Shown: positions 51,780-64,000 of the stretch, piece by piece
Layout of the letters: every line of letters starts with the position of its first letter
How positions within the stretch are numbered: position 1 is the first letter of the stretch
DNA from: Chrysomallon squamiferum
Taxonomy: Eukaryota > Animalia > Mollusca
Assembly: GCA_012295275.1 (NCBI GenBank)
Contig: CM022665.1
Span: forward strand, 20,894,001 to 20,958,000
Length of the DNA: 64,000 nucleotides
Direction: 5' to 3'
Position numbers and translations under genes: made by a program
The notes under the pieces: generated by a model
Seen by the model: the letters and a program-made list of their open reading frames with translations, nothing else
What the model was told of the DNA's origin: nothing
Databases searched by the model: none

Positions 51780-53482
51780 AAGAGAGAGAGAGACTGACTA
51801 ACAAACAGAGAAAGAGAGATAGGAAGGGGAAAGATAGAGATACAGAAAGGTATTTCGAAAGAGACACACCCACGTAGAAAAAATAATAAAGTCTGATATT
51901 TTTGCTTGTAGAACTTACTGTAATAATTTTAAAATAAATGACAACAATTTTAGTATTTGTCTATTTTGACTATGCTGTGATGCTTTCTGTCACATACACA
52001 AACACATTCAGAAACACAGACAAACGCACACACACATGCACATACATACCACACATAAACACACACACAACACACACACATATACTACATACATACTACA
52101 CACATATATACACACCACAAACACAGTCACACACACAAACACATACACATTCAGAAACACAAAACACACACACACACCAATATACATACACACATAACCA
52201 TACACACACATACACACGCACACACATACAAACGCAAACATCGATATTTAAATAACACTCTTAAAAAACAACCACAAAAAACGTATCTTTCTGCATGGGA
52301 ACTTTTAATCAACAATCAACCGTAGTTGTGTACTTTGAAACAAAAGATTAATCAAAATCTGCAAATCTGCAACTACGACAGCGCCAAGAGCACTATCGTG
52401 GTCTACGCTGCGGTGTTAAATAACAGCTCTAGAGGCTGTCCGACATTAGTAAAAGAGTTCCCAGACGTTTATCAGCCATCTTGTTTTGTTTGTGTCGTGT
52501 ATTATGGCGGGTTAACGTGTTCACATGATGTTTTTGTAAACTGAATATCTCTATCTTGACTCGTATCAAACAGCCCAGAAGCTAAGAGCTGTCCGTTGGT
52601 ACGTTAGTCTCAACACGTGATGTCCGTCAGTCGTAAACGCTTGTAACCATGATCATGAGAGTTCAGTGTTCATTTCAAGAAATCTGAAGAAAAAGAAATA
52701 AAATAAGAGATAGTGTGGCAACAAAACAAAAACAGCAACAATAACAACCGCAAAAACAATAATAACAACAACAGCAATAGTTATAAATACACAACAATAA
52801 TAATGGCATAATAGCAGCACAGCAGCAGAAACACTAGTAGTATTAGTAGTAGTAGTAGTAGTAGCAGTAGATGTAGTAGTAGTAGTTGCAGTGATAGAAC
52901 AATACCTTTTTTAAATTTAACATATTTATTTCTCTCTGTCTTCCATCTATCTTTCGTTCTTTCTGTGTTTAATTCTTTGTCTGTCTTTCATTCTTTCTGT
53001 CTATTTTTCATTCTTTGTCTGTCTTTCATTCTTTATCTCCATTTTTCGTTCATTCTTTCTATCTTTAGTTCTTTCCGTCACGCTTTGTGACTATCCTTCT
53101 TTCTGTCTGTCTGTCTGTCATTCGTGCCTGCATATTTGAAGAAAGAAAACAAACCAGTATTATTTCCTCAGTGTTCGCCTTAGTTATGCAGTACAAAATA
53201 AGACAAGCTAAGAAAGTTTTGTGAAACCACGTGACTTGATCTGGAGAATCCCAAACTGGCGCCAGTATATAAACGAAAACAGGTAATATTAGTTCATGTG
53301 TACTCGCCAGATTGGAGTAGAATCCTGGACGGATATTACGGATCTAACATTCGCACAGTAACATTAGCAATAACCATATTAAAAAGAATAAAGACTACGA
53401 CAATGATAGTAACAACAAAAACGACAGCGAACTACTACAACAAACACTTCAACAATAATTTCAGTAATCATGGCAATATTGT

Positions 53483-53554
<72 letters not shown>

Positions 53555-54537
53555 GTATCTGTATATGTGTGGGTGGTTGCGGGTCTGAACTATTTTTTCT
53601 TGTTCTCTTTCATTTAAAAAAATCAATTATCTTCTTTTCAGCACTTATCTTAAAATTATCATTTATTTATTTATTTATTTATTTATATGTTTTTTTGTTT
53701 ATTATTATTTTTGTTTGGTATAAAAATATAGTTCAGTATGTTTTTAATTACACAACGAACAAGTTAATAGTCGAGACAGCAACTGATATTTTGTTACGAA
53801 TATTAAATAATTAACAGTGTTTGTTAAAGTTCTCTATGCAGATAAAAAGAAATAAACAATGTTGGTAATAGTTTGGCTTTTTTGTTTTTGCTGAGGTTTT
53901 ATTATATTATTTATTAATTTTTTTATTATTGATGCTTTTTTCTTCATTTTTGTTTTCTTCTATTTTTTTCATTTTGACAGGTGCCATTGTTGATGCACAC
54001 ACCTCTTTCTCATTTGTCATCACATCTCGTCTAATCTCACTCAAAGCGTAAATCTCGCGAGAACTCGAGTGTACAACTCACGAGCCTCGTCAGCACGCGC
54101 AGCATGGCGGAATGCGCGCTAATCTTCACCGAATACAATCCAAACGCGGTTAACGTTCTTTCTTACATCTTATGTTTACTAATTTTCAGATTTTTAGAAT
54201 ATTTGCCAAAAAGCCATCACTCCGATTGGAGAGCAGCGTTTGCATGTTGGCGGTTTCATTCAGCTGAAAAACTTTATCAGTGTTGTTTCGTGCGTTCCTC
54301 CAACATTTTTGACGCACCTCAGAAATTTAGCCTATGTAACGTAGTTATACTTAACTCAACATGCACAATCGGCTCTCTCCTCCTTATTTTAATTACTGAC
54401 AATTTGTGTGGGATTTACTGCACATTCTCCAGACATTTTTAACTATTTTCTTTTAATTAAGTTTAATCTATTAATTTGCTGGATCTGTATTTGTGCAAAA
54501 TAATTTAAGAAAAAATAAAACAAAAAATATGAAACTT

Positions 54538-54637
<100 letters not shown>

Positions 54638-55024
54638 AACAGATATCATTATGGGACATTTTAACAATAATTCTAAATCAAAACCTCATACAGCCTCATG
54701 TTTGTACTCATGTGTGTGTGTTTTTGTAACGTGTATCACTGTTGTTATTTATTTGAAACTGAAACGATGTAATGAAATAAAGTCTGCAACATGAAGAGTA
54801 TACAACCGCATGAAGATGATTGAGTATATGACAAATTGTGAGTTTTCAACTGTTAACATATTTTTAAACGTGGTAATAACGTAATTTTTATCGTGTTTGT
54901 TTTCCTGCAAAAACTCGCATTTTTTGTTATTTATTACTTTGCTGTGCAAAAAACCCACTGCCCTTTTCTTTGTAAACCTTATTACAGAAAAACAAAAACC
55001 CATTAAAACAAATAATAATAATAA

Positions 55025-55058
<34 letters not shown>

Positions 55059-55920
55059 GTAATAGTAATAACAATAATAGTAGTAGTAGTAGTAGAAGCA
55101 ACAGTAGTAGTACTAATTTAAAACAACAACAACAACAATAATATAAATGTATGTATGTATGTGTATATATGCATGTTTGTATGTATGTATGTATTGTGTT
55201 ATGCATATTTGTACACATGTTTAAACAGTTAAACATCTATTAAAGTGTGAACAGTATTTAAGTATCACAGAACAAAGCTAAGTTTATTGTTTTAAACTTT
55301 TAACTTTTTTCTTTCCTTTCTTTCCCACTTCTCATTCTTTTTTCTCTTTCTCTACAGTTCTTTTTTTTTATTTTTTTTAAATAAATTTTTTTATTTTTTT
55401 TTATTTTTTTATATTATTTCATGTTTTCTCTACATTAGCTATTTTCTGCCTTCTCAGTTTGCGTGGAAATAAATAAACACAAACAGTATGATTGGCAGGA
55501 CGATGAAAGACAGGAGGGTCGCAAAAATGTCAAAAAATATTTTATTGTTATGTTGACATATTTATCCAGACCATTCCGTGGGCCAAATGACGTCTCCTCG
55601 CTGACAAACTGATCAAATTGCTCGGCAGAACAAGCCCGCTTCTTGCTGCCGGTTAAAAACTTCCACCGTGTGTTTTCATGCCAGAGCATTAGTTTGGTCA
55701 TTAACGATGTCGAAGTCTTGTAAAAACAGCGGAGATACGTGACTCTAAACGATAAATTGGTGTCTGTGTTCGTCCTGTATTATTCCTGTAATTCAGAGCG
55801 GTGGATTTCATGTCGGCTGCAGTGCTTCCCCGACTAATTCTTTCAACATGTGCTTTCCGCGTAATATACGATACACTAGGCTTTGGGATAATTTCGCTCT
55901 CTCTCTTTTTTTACTTCTTC

Positions 55921-55960
<40 letters not shown>

Positions 55961-56284
55961 AAGATATCGCTTTTGTCTGTGTGTCTTTGTGTGTGATCTG
56001 TACAGATATGTAATTCTTCCTTTGTCGACACTTATTAGAGAGAAAAGCACACACACGAAGAGACAAATAGATAGATAAATGGATAGAGAGAATACAGAAA
56101 ACGAGTGAGAGAAAAAAGAGACAGGGAGAGAGAAGAGAGAGACTGATAGCCAAAAATTAATGTCGATGTATTATAATTTTAAATTTGTTAAATGTGAATC
56201 ATAATTTTAGCAAAGTTTACATCTCTCGCATACAACAGATTTCCCAGAACCAGTTTCTTTTCATAATTCTGACTTGTTGTTTCG

Positions 56285-56323
56285 TTTATTAATTCGCCTC
56301 CGTAGAGGCTATCAAAAACTGAA
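56285..56323 (-). pseudogene. U4 snRNA 3'-end fragment (Sm-site remnant plus terminal hairpin)
   Basis: The minus strand reads TTCAGTTTTTGATAGCCTCTACGGAGGCGAATTAATAAA, versus U4 copy 2 TTCAATTTTTGATAGCCCCTACGGGGGCAAATTAATAAA. Confidence 0.8.
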
Positions 56324-56473
56324 TTTGGTTAATTTACATCGAATTATGATTTTAAAAATTTACTTATCGCTTTAACCTAAAAACAAAACAAAAAACAAAA
56401 AAAACAACAACAACAAACAAAAGAAATATTGTACAGAAATAAACATTAAATGATAATTATTATTTTAAATTAA

Positions 56474-56505
<32 letters not shown>

Positions 56506-56597
56506 TAATAATAAATAGTAATGTCCATATATATATATAAACATCAGAATTTTCGTTCTATTCAAAAATAATTAACAACTAATTTAATTTATTAATT

Positions 56598-56738
56598 TGC
56601 CCCCGTAGGGGCTATCAAAAATTGAACTTACCGCCCAGTTAAGGGCGTCAGTTCTGGGTATTGGGAATAGTTTTCAACTAGCAATAACCACGCCTCGGAT
56701 AAACCTCACTGGCTACGGTATCGCCACTGCGCAAAGTT
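56598..56738 (-). ncRNA. RNU4: U4 spliceosomal snRNA gene, copy 2 (about 141 nt)
   Basis: The reverse complement is 138/141 identical to copy 1. Sm site, terminal hairpin and upstream PSE are intact. Confidence 0.96.
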
Positions 56739-56771
56739 GACGAATTCGTAATTTTTAGCAGTTTATTAGAT

Positions 56772-56800
56772 AACAGTCAACTCACTCCACAGTGGTGTCT
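56772..56800 (-). promoter_or_regulatory. PSE region of U4 copy 2
   Basis: Minus strand AGACACCACTGTGGAGTGAGTTGACTGTT at -62 to -34, matching copy 1. Confidence 0.75.
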
Positions 56801-58350
56801 CGGTTTGTAGTTTGTCGATCTGAGTTTATTAATTACTGTGGACATTTAAATAACTGAAATAATACGTAAACAATTTACAGCTTTCTTTTCTTAATATCAT
56901 AATATTATGTATTAAGTATTTAAATTTCATAAGCGGTTTAAACATTAAAAGAAAATTACAAATGTGTGATTTAATTGATTTTTATTTTCCATTAAGACTC
57001 AGCTTAATTCAGGGTGATACATAGCGGGATCGATTCTTGTAGGTGAATATATATATTTTTTTTTTTTTTTTTTTTTTTTTTCAGTTAATTTTTTTGTTAA
57101 AACTAGTACGGCCGGGCGGATTTGTGAGATGTTATTGATACAGTTGGACTATTTCTTCTGTTTTATGTTGTATTATTATTATTATTATTATTATTGGTGT
57201 TTTCGTAGATGTTGTTGTTGTTCTTCTTCTTGAAGTTTTATCTGCGTCATCGATATTCTAAGATTATTTTAACCTTCCCTGAAATGTCTCGCCTTGCTTC
57301 TGTTTTGTTGTTCCTGTTCCACGTGCATTTCCTGCTAACACCTCATAGTAAGCAGAATTGTCCGTGTCTCTCATCTAATGTGATAAAACAGAAATAAAAA
57401 TGTTATACCAAAATTCTTTACTGTATCTTTTACCTAGATATTAAAAAAAAAGAAGAAAGAAAGAAATAAAAAAAGTATTAATAAAAATAAATATTGGGGA
57501 AAAACAAATAATATTAAATAAATTAATTCAGAAATCAGTTTTCAAAGTAATTCTAGCAAAGGAAGAAAGGACGAAACACAAAATTTTAAATATTCATAAA
57601 TAGATAAAATAAAATTATATAGAATAAAAATAAAATAGAATAAAATAAAATAAAATAATAAAAAAAAAAAAAAAAAAAAAAACCATTAACATAAATTAAC
57701 ATAAAATAAAATTAAAAAAAAAATTAAAAAATTAATTTAAATTAAAATAATAATAATAATAATACAGTAGCTTCTATAAACAACCGTTTTCTTTGTCTTA
57801 ACGCTGTTCAAATCGCCATTCACACTAGTAAAGAAATAACGGGTTTTTATTAAACTATTTCCATCTCGACAGAAACCATTAACTTATCGCTGCCAATATG
57901 GCGGTCTCTACACAAATTGAGAATGAAATATGGCCGCGGAAAGATCATAGGCCGCCATTAGGTCCTACTCTTTGCTCTTCTGCTACGATAAATGCGTGTG
58001 CCGAGTGACAGGAACCAGTCTAGTCTTTATCGCGCGCTTTTCCAAATATCTCTCGAAGCAGACGATAATTGAATTAGTGATGATGGGTAGTGCGGACTAT
58101 AATACATTTTGTTTATCACTTGCACTTGGACAGAAAACATTGATTTGTAAAGATAGGCTGCTCGGACTATCGTGTCCAGACGAGACTGATGGATTTTAAC
58201 TGGCCAGTATCGTCCACTTGAAGAATTAATTATCTCCCCGTTGAATACCGTGCGGTGCAGAAATGAACCGTCAAATTTTACAAAATAAAAGTTGCGAATA
58301 CTGCAGAGAACAGTTTTTAAAAAGTCATTATATTTATAAATAAAGTTTCA

Positions 58351-58456
<106 letters not shown>

Positions 58457-58601
58457 GAAGGCATGTCGTTTTAAGCGAGAGTATCCTTATACATGAAATA
58501 TATTTTTTTTTTTTTTTTTTTTTTGGTTAGGAAATACGGTGCATGCATTTAGCTTTAAATATGTAATTCAACCAACTAAAATGATTACGTTTCCGACTGG
58601 A

Positions 58602-58647
<46 letters not shown>

Positions 58648-59569
58648 TTATTTAAGTGCGTCTTAATGCCGACATTAAAGAAAATTTCACAGTATTTTAC
58701 AAACAGAGTTATGACCAGAACGGGAATCAGATTAAAACGAAAGATCGGCAATGATTTCTGATCGGGTAGCATTCTCTCATTTATCCACGACGTCGGTGGT
58801 CTAATTTCGTTGTTGTTGTTGCTGCCTGATTAAGCCAGGTCGTATACGTATGTTTTTGAAATATCTCAATTTCGCTTTCACTGCCACCGTTAAGTTAAAC
58901 CCTGCTGATTAAACGTGTTGTTTTATTTCCACCTCGTTACTACGGTAACCAAACAGACTAACCAATCATGTCTAGTGTGTGAATTTACTAGATTCATCTG
59001 AGTCTGAAGTCAGACACTAGTTAGAGACAAAACGTTCAGTGTAATAGAAAATTAATCAGCATGTTTTAGCGACATCGTTAAAATGTACTTGCGGATATAC
59101 ACACAGACTCTCATTATAATATTTTTTAATAATGCTTTTCTTGTCGTTTGGATATATACAACATTTATTTATGCTATTTGTTAGAATCAGAAAAACGAAG
59201 TGGGGGCAGGCAAGAGAAACACCCAAACCAAGCCAAACCAAAACAAAACACAGATGTGTGTAAAATATATCTTAACCACTCTTTCTGTCAAAATATATAT
59301 TTCTCTTTATTTGTTTTCGTTTCTTCTAATCTTTTCGTCCTTCCTTCTTATTTTCTTTTTCTTTTTACCTTTCTCCTTTTTTTTTTTTTTTTTTATTTCG
59401 TCTTTCTATCAAACAATAGAGACACCCATGTAGATGAAAAAAGAAAGTTTTATGGTGTGGGATTTTTCTCACCTGTCCACGTCACTGTTTTTACCTGTAC
59501 TCACAAATATCTCACCTGTGCCTATCACAAACAACTTAACACAGATGTTTTATTCCTGGCAGCGACAGT

Positions 59570-59800
59570 TTCTCAAGAGCCTCTCTTTGAATCACATTTC
59601 CGGTTTTGCACGTGTGGCCCGACTAAGGGCCGAACGACAGCCGAATCCCGTTGTAGTAAACGACTTTCGCCTGCCTCTAGAGGTCAGAGGTCAATTCGGG
59701 GCAGGCCCGCCCACTGATTGCACGTGCAGAGGACGGTGTGCATCAACAGACAACTGTTTGTGACCGGCAGGTGGCGCTGGAGACCGTGCAGAGACTAAAC
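59570..59800. promoter_or_regulatory. Candidate cis-regulatory island with DR1 nuclear-receptor element and CTCF-like motif
   Basis: GC-rich island containing AGGTCA-G-AGGTCA (59681-59693), CCGGCAGGTGGCGCTG (59764-59779) and two CACGTG E-boxes. Confidence 0.5.
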
Positions 59801-59882
59801 AAGCCAGATATTTTCTTTTTTCACTTTAGTCAAATAACCATAAATAAAACAATAAAATAAATCGTTAATTTAGTTACAACTG

Positions 59883-60029
<147 letters not shown>

Positions 60030-61188
60030 CAGAAAATATCTAATTACTACGTTAAAGACAACGGCAACAACAAACACATTATCATCACCATCCTAACAAA
60101 ATTAACAACAACGGAAACATCACCACCATCACTACAGCAACAACAACAATAATATACTACTAATAATATAATAATAATAATAGTAGTAGTAGTAGCTGCA
60201 GCAGCAGTAGTGGTAATAATAATAATAATTTTTATATTTAAACATATTACAGTAACAACGTTCACATCAGTTACTATGATAACGTGCGCGTAGTTTTGTT
60301 TAATTCAAACATGTCATACCGTGTTAAGTTACATCATTATGATAATCATTAACAGAAAGTGTTCCTAACGGCCTGCCATACTTTCCAAATAGAATCTGAC
60401 GTTCATGGATTCGTGCGGTACAGCAAACTGCCATAACGAAGACAAATACAATTGAAAACGACACAGACGAAGTGAAACTAAAACGAAACGAACCCAGTCT
60501 TTGTCAGTTTCGAATAGTTTAAACTAATGCACTACGAGAAGCGAAGTCGACTTTCTTCTCAGTAATTAATTTTGTTTATAATAAAGGTCTTATATAAGAG
60601 AAAGAATAAAAACTTTTTTTTTTTCATACAGTAAGCATGTAAATGCCGTGCATTGTAATCAGAATGGAATTTGTGAAACCTCACAGCACGATTGTTGAAA
60701 TAAATTCTAGGACATTTCCAACAGTAGCATGATTAGAAGCAGAGCGAGATTTAGAAAAATAAATAAAACAGAATACAGTAAATGTTTAATATATACATCG
60801 TTTATAACAGCACATATATACATACACAAACACACACACATATAGATACATACACAGCCACGTGCTTTATGCATTCACGCACGCACGCACACACAAATAC
60901 ATACGTGCATTTATCCATCCATTCATACATAAATACATATACGTAACATGTACACACAGGTACATATATACATATATGCATACATAAACATACTTCCACC
61001 CATCCATCCCTTCCGTCATCCTTCCATCCATACATACATATATACATATACGCATACATTCATTTATATATACATAATAATTATTAAAATGCATACACAC
61101 GTACATACTTACATACATATATCTGTACCTACCTACCGACATACATACATAAACACATTCATACATATCTATCTACCTACCTAACTAC

Positions 61189-61221
<33 letters not shown>

Positions 61222-61579
61222 TACACACACGCACACACACAAACACACATACATACATGAACACATATATACATACCTATCTACCTACCTTTCTATCTTT
61301 CTACCTACCTACCTGCCTACAAACATATATACATACATACATACATACGTGCGTACGTACGTACGTACGTACATACAGACACACACACACATACGTACTT
61401 ACATACATCCATAACCCAGTATGCCGGCTGATCAAACTCTGTAACCACCGGACTAACACAGCTCTTCAGCGGATGAAAGGGAAAACACCCACTGTCAAAA
61501 TAGACGGAGTAGAATGTGGAGTATAATTTAATTTGTATTTAAATATCATCGTATCGTACTAATGTAGGCAATGAATCAA

Positions 61580-61860
61580 ACGATGACGTGCATCGTGCAA
61601 CAGCACAACGTCGTCGACTTGTTATCCGCTCCTCGAAGCGGGAGGCCTCCAGAGGGCGCAGTGATTTCGTGTACGTGCACGTGAGCAGATCTCGCGGGAA
61701 TGTGACGTCATGCTGCGCTGGCTTGTAACATGCTACAGAGGAATGTCGTAATGGGGGGAAGAGTCGCGCGGAACGACAAGTGTTGTCATAGCAACTGTCA
61801 CGTTCACCGCGTGTTGCTATGTTAATGACATCACAGTCATGTCGTCAATGGAGTCTCCTG
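61580..61860. promoter_or_regulatory. Candidate cis-regulatory island (CTCF-like, TEAD, CRE and RFX motifs)
   Basis: CCTCCAGAGGGCGC (61646-61659), CACGTG (61678-61683), GGAATG twice (61697, 61740), TGACGTCA (61703-61710), GTTGTCATAGCAAC (61782-61795). Confidence 0.5.
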
Positions 61861-62032
61861 ACTTACCACTGAGATGTAATTTTTGTTAAATAATAAATAA
61901 TAGTAATAATGAAAACAAACAGGCAAACAAACAAACAAAAAGTTTAAAAATGTATTTTTCTAAAGTATTTCTTTACGATATTCAACGATATTAAATCTGT
62001 TTTCTTTGTTCGTTTTTATTCTTTACTTATTT

Positions 62033-62117
<85 letters not shown>

Positions 62118-62919
62118 TTTGCATAAAGTATTTTGTGTTTTATTCTAACATTAAATCAGTGTTTACACAAAGATTTCTGAACACTGTCCCTTCACATTAA
62201 ATGAACATTTGACATAAAATGTAGGTTACGTCATTTTTTTTTTCACAGTAAATATTTTACATAAAATGTAGATTTACGTCACTCCGTTACATTAAATCAC
62301 TATTTCACAGTAACCGTTTCCAGTCACAGTGAACGACCGTTCTGTAACGAGTGCAAGCGGCCGTTACAGGCGAGCGTTACGCGAGTTTTACAAAGAAACC
62401 GTTACAGAGCGAGTTTCATTACATTACGAAGACGATTAGAGTCGGAGCGGATAACTAAGACGAGATTTGACGTAACGTCACGAGGCGGAAGATGGGTGTC
62501 ATTTTAACGTTAAAAAAATCTCTTACAATAATGAAAACCGACAGTTATTTCTCCAGTGGCAAATGCAATCTTGAAGAATGCGCGTATCTTCCAGACACGT
62601 GCAAATGATATCGCGAGCGAACGTGCACACGTGCTCGCATTCTGAGAGAAAACACAGCGAGTCTGAATACATCCCCCGTGAAAATATTTTTCAAAACCTA
62701 CATCGTTAAAAGTAAACAAAGCCACCTCGTTAGAAATGAACAAAAGGTCTCAGTTGAAAGGTTTCTGAAAAGTGTGTGTGTCTGGGTTTTTTTTTTTTTT
62801 TTTCTTTCTTTCTTTCAGTTAAACTTAAGTTTTGTCCGTGATGACTGAACTGTTAGTAAATTAGAGTTATTTATAATCTTGAAGAACATAAATAATTAAA
62901 AACCAGAAAAGTGAATAAG

Positions 62920-62961
<42 letters not shown>

Positions 62962-63090
62962 AAGTTCAGAAAACATTTATTAAAGAAGTATATGATGGAG
63001 AAGAGGAAAAGAAATTAGAAGAAAAATGATAGCAAAAAAAAAAAAAATTTTTAAAAACGTAAATTTTAAAACTTAAAGTGTAGAATAATG

Positions 63091-63123
<33 letters not shown>

Positions 63124-64000
63124 GTAGTAATAATAATAATAATAACAAAAAAAATAATAACAGTAACAATAATAATAATAAAAGTAGTAATATTAATAAT
63201 AATAACAAAAATAATAATAACAGTAATAATAACAACAACAATAATAATAATAATAATAAAATTTAGTGTAAGATAATAATTACGCACCTAATATTTCAAG
63301 GTAAGTACATTATTTAAATCAGATAAAAAACAACAACTATAATACACAATTTGCTGCTACTTCCGATACAGACTATTATAATTATAATATAACAACAAAA
63401 TGCACGGCAGAATAATGAAAAAAATTCAGAGTACGAATGTTCCGTCCAAAATAAATACAGGCATTCCCTTAAATTCGTAGATTCGTTGTTAACGTTGCTA
63501 TTCCCTGACTTATGAAACCAGACTATTAATATTGTCATGTCTCTGTGACACGCTGTAACAACAGTGTATATTACGCTGCCAAACTCCTCAGTTTTGCTTT
63601 ACGATCGTTTTCGGAGAACGATGCATACACGTAAATCGGAGTGTGTCTGTATATTATGAATGAATAACTGTACATGTTTTCGACCAGTTAAAATTGAAAA
63701 ATGTCATTAAACAACGGATCAGAAACAGTCTCAATTTACTACAGCAGAGGCCAGAGTTAACATCCTTTCTGCTAATCGTGCTAAGACTTGGTTCTTTTTC
63801 TTTCTGGACAACACAAAAGCTGAGTGGCAATGTACGAGTAAAAAAGGTATGTAGTTTTTACTGATACGCACGTGTTTTATAACGCTTTGATGTGACGCGA
63901 TTCAACAGTCATACAGGGCGGTAGACCAGGTGTGTTTGTATAGCAGCCCTCCAGGAAGAGTCGCTCACAATCCAAGACAAGAAAGCTCCCCTGGCTCGCC

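Noticed and set aside
57020-57160. GGATCGATTC box-B-like fragments (also near 44581) as tRNA or SINE
   Set aside because: No box A, cloverleaf or extended shared homology; too short to call.
59148-59763. 189-aa and 109-aa ORFs
   Set aside because: Low-complexity Phe-rich translation running into a GC-rich regulatory-type island, with no recognisable domain or splice structure.

Overview
AT-rich, microsatellite-dense animal genomic DNA. The composition and gene content fit a lophotrochozoan, plausibly a mollusc or cephalopod (inference only). Three protein-coding genes can be reconstructed. (1) An intronless LicD/fukutin-FKRP-like type II membrane nucleotidyltransferase-fold gene at 2134-2847 (-). 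(2) HTATSF1/TAT-SF1, a U2 snRNP factor, head-to-head with it: 7 coding exons at 3982-18037 (+), about 563 aa, with one anomalous donor site. (3) A vestigial-like (VGLL) TEAD co-factor with coding exons at 26935-27012, 27283-27550 and 39899-40321/40341 (+); its terminal exon is unresolved. Two near-identical U4 snRNA genes with conserved upstream PSE regions sit in convergent orientation at 24947-25087 (+) and 56598-56738 (-), and a relic U4 3' domain lies at about 56285-56323. There is also a deleted Tigger/pogo transposon, two candidate MITEs, several degenerate minisatellites and many simple repeats. The most notable observation is the HTATSF1-then-VGLL order in the same orientation, which matches human HTATSF1-VGLL1. 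Together with candidate enhancer motifs in the 8.6-kb HTATSF1 intron, a sharp CpG-poor/CpG-rich boundary and CTCF-like motifs downstream, this suggests an ancient genomic regulatory block. Most ORFs in the supplied track are microsatellite artefacts. All family assignments are from motif recognition; no searches were run.
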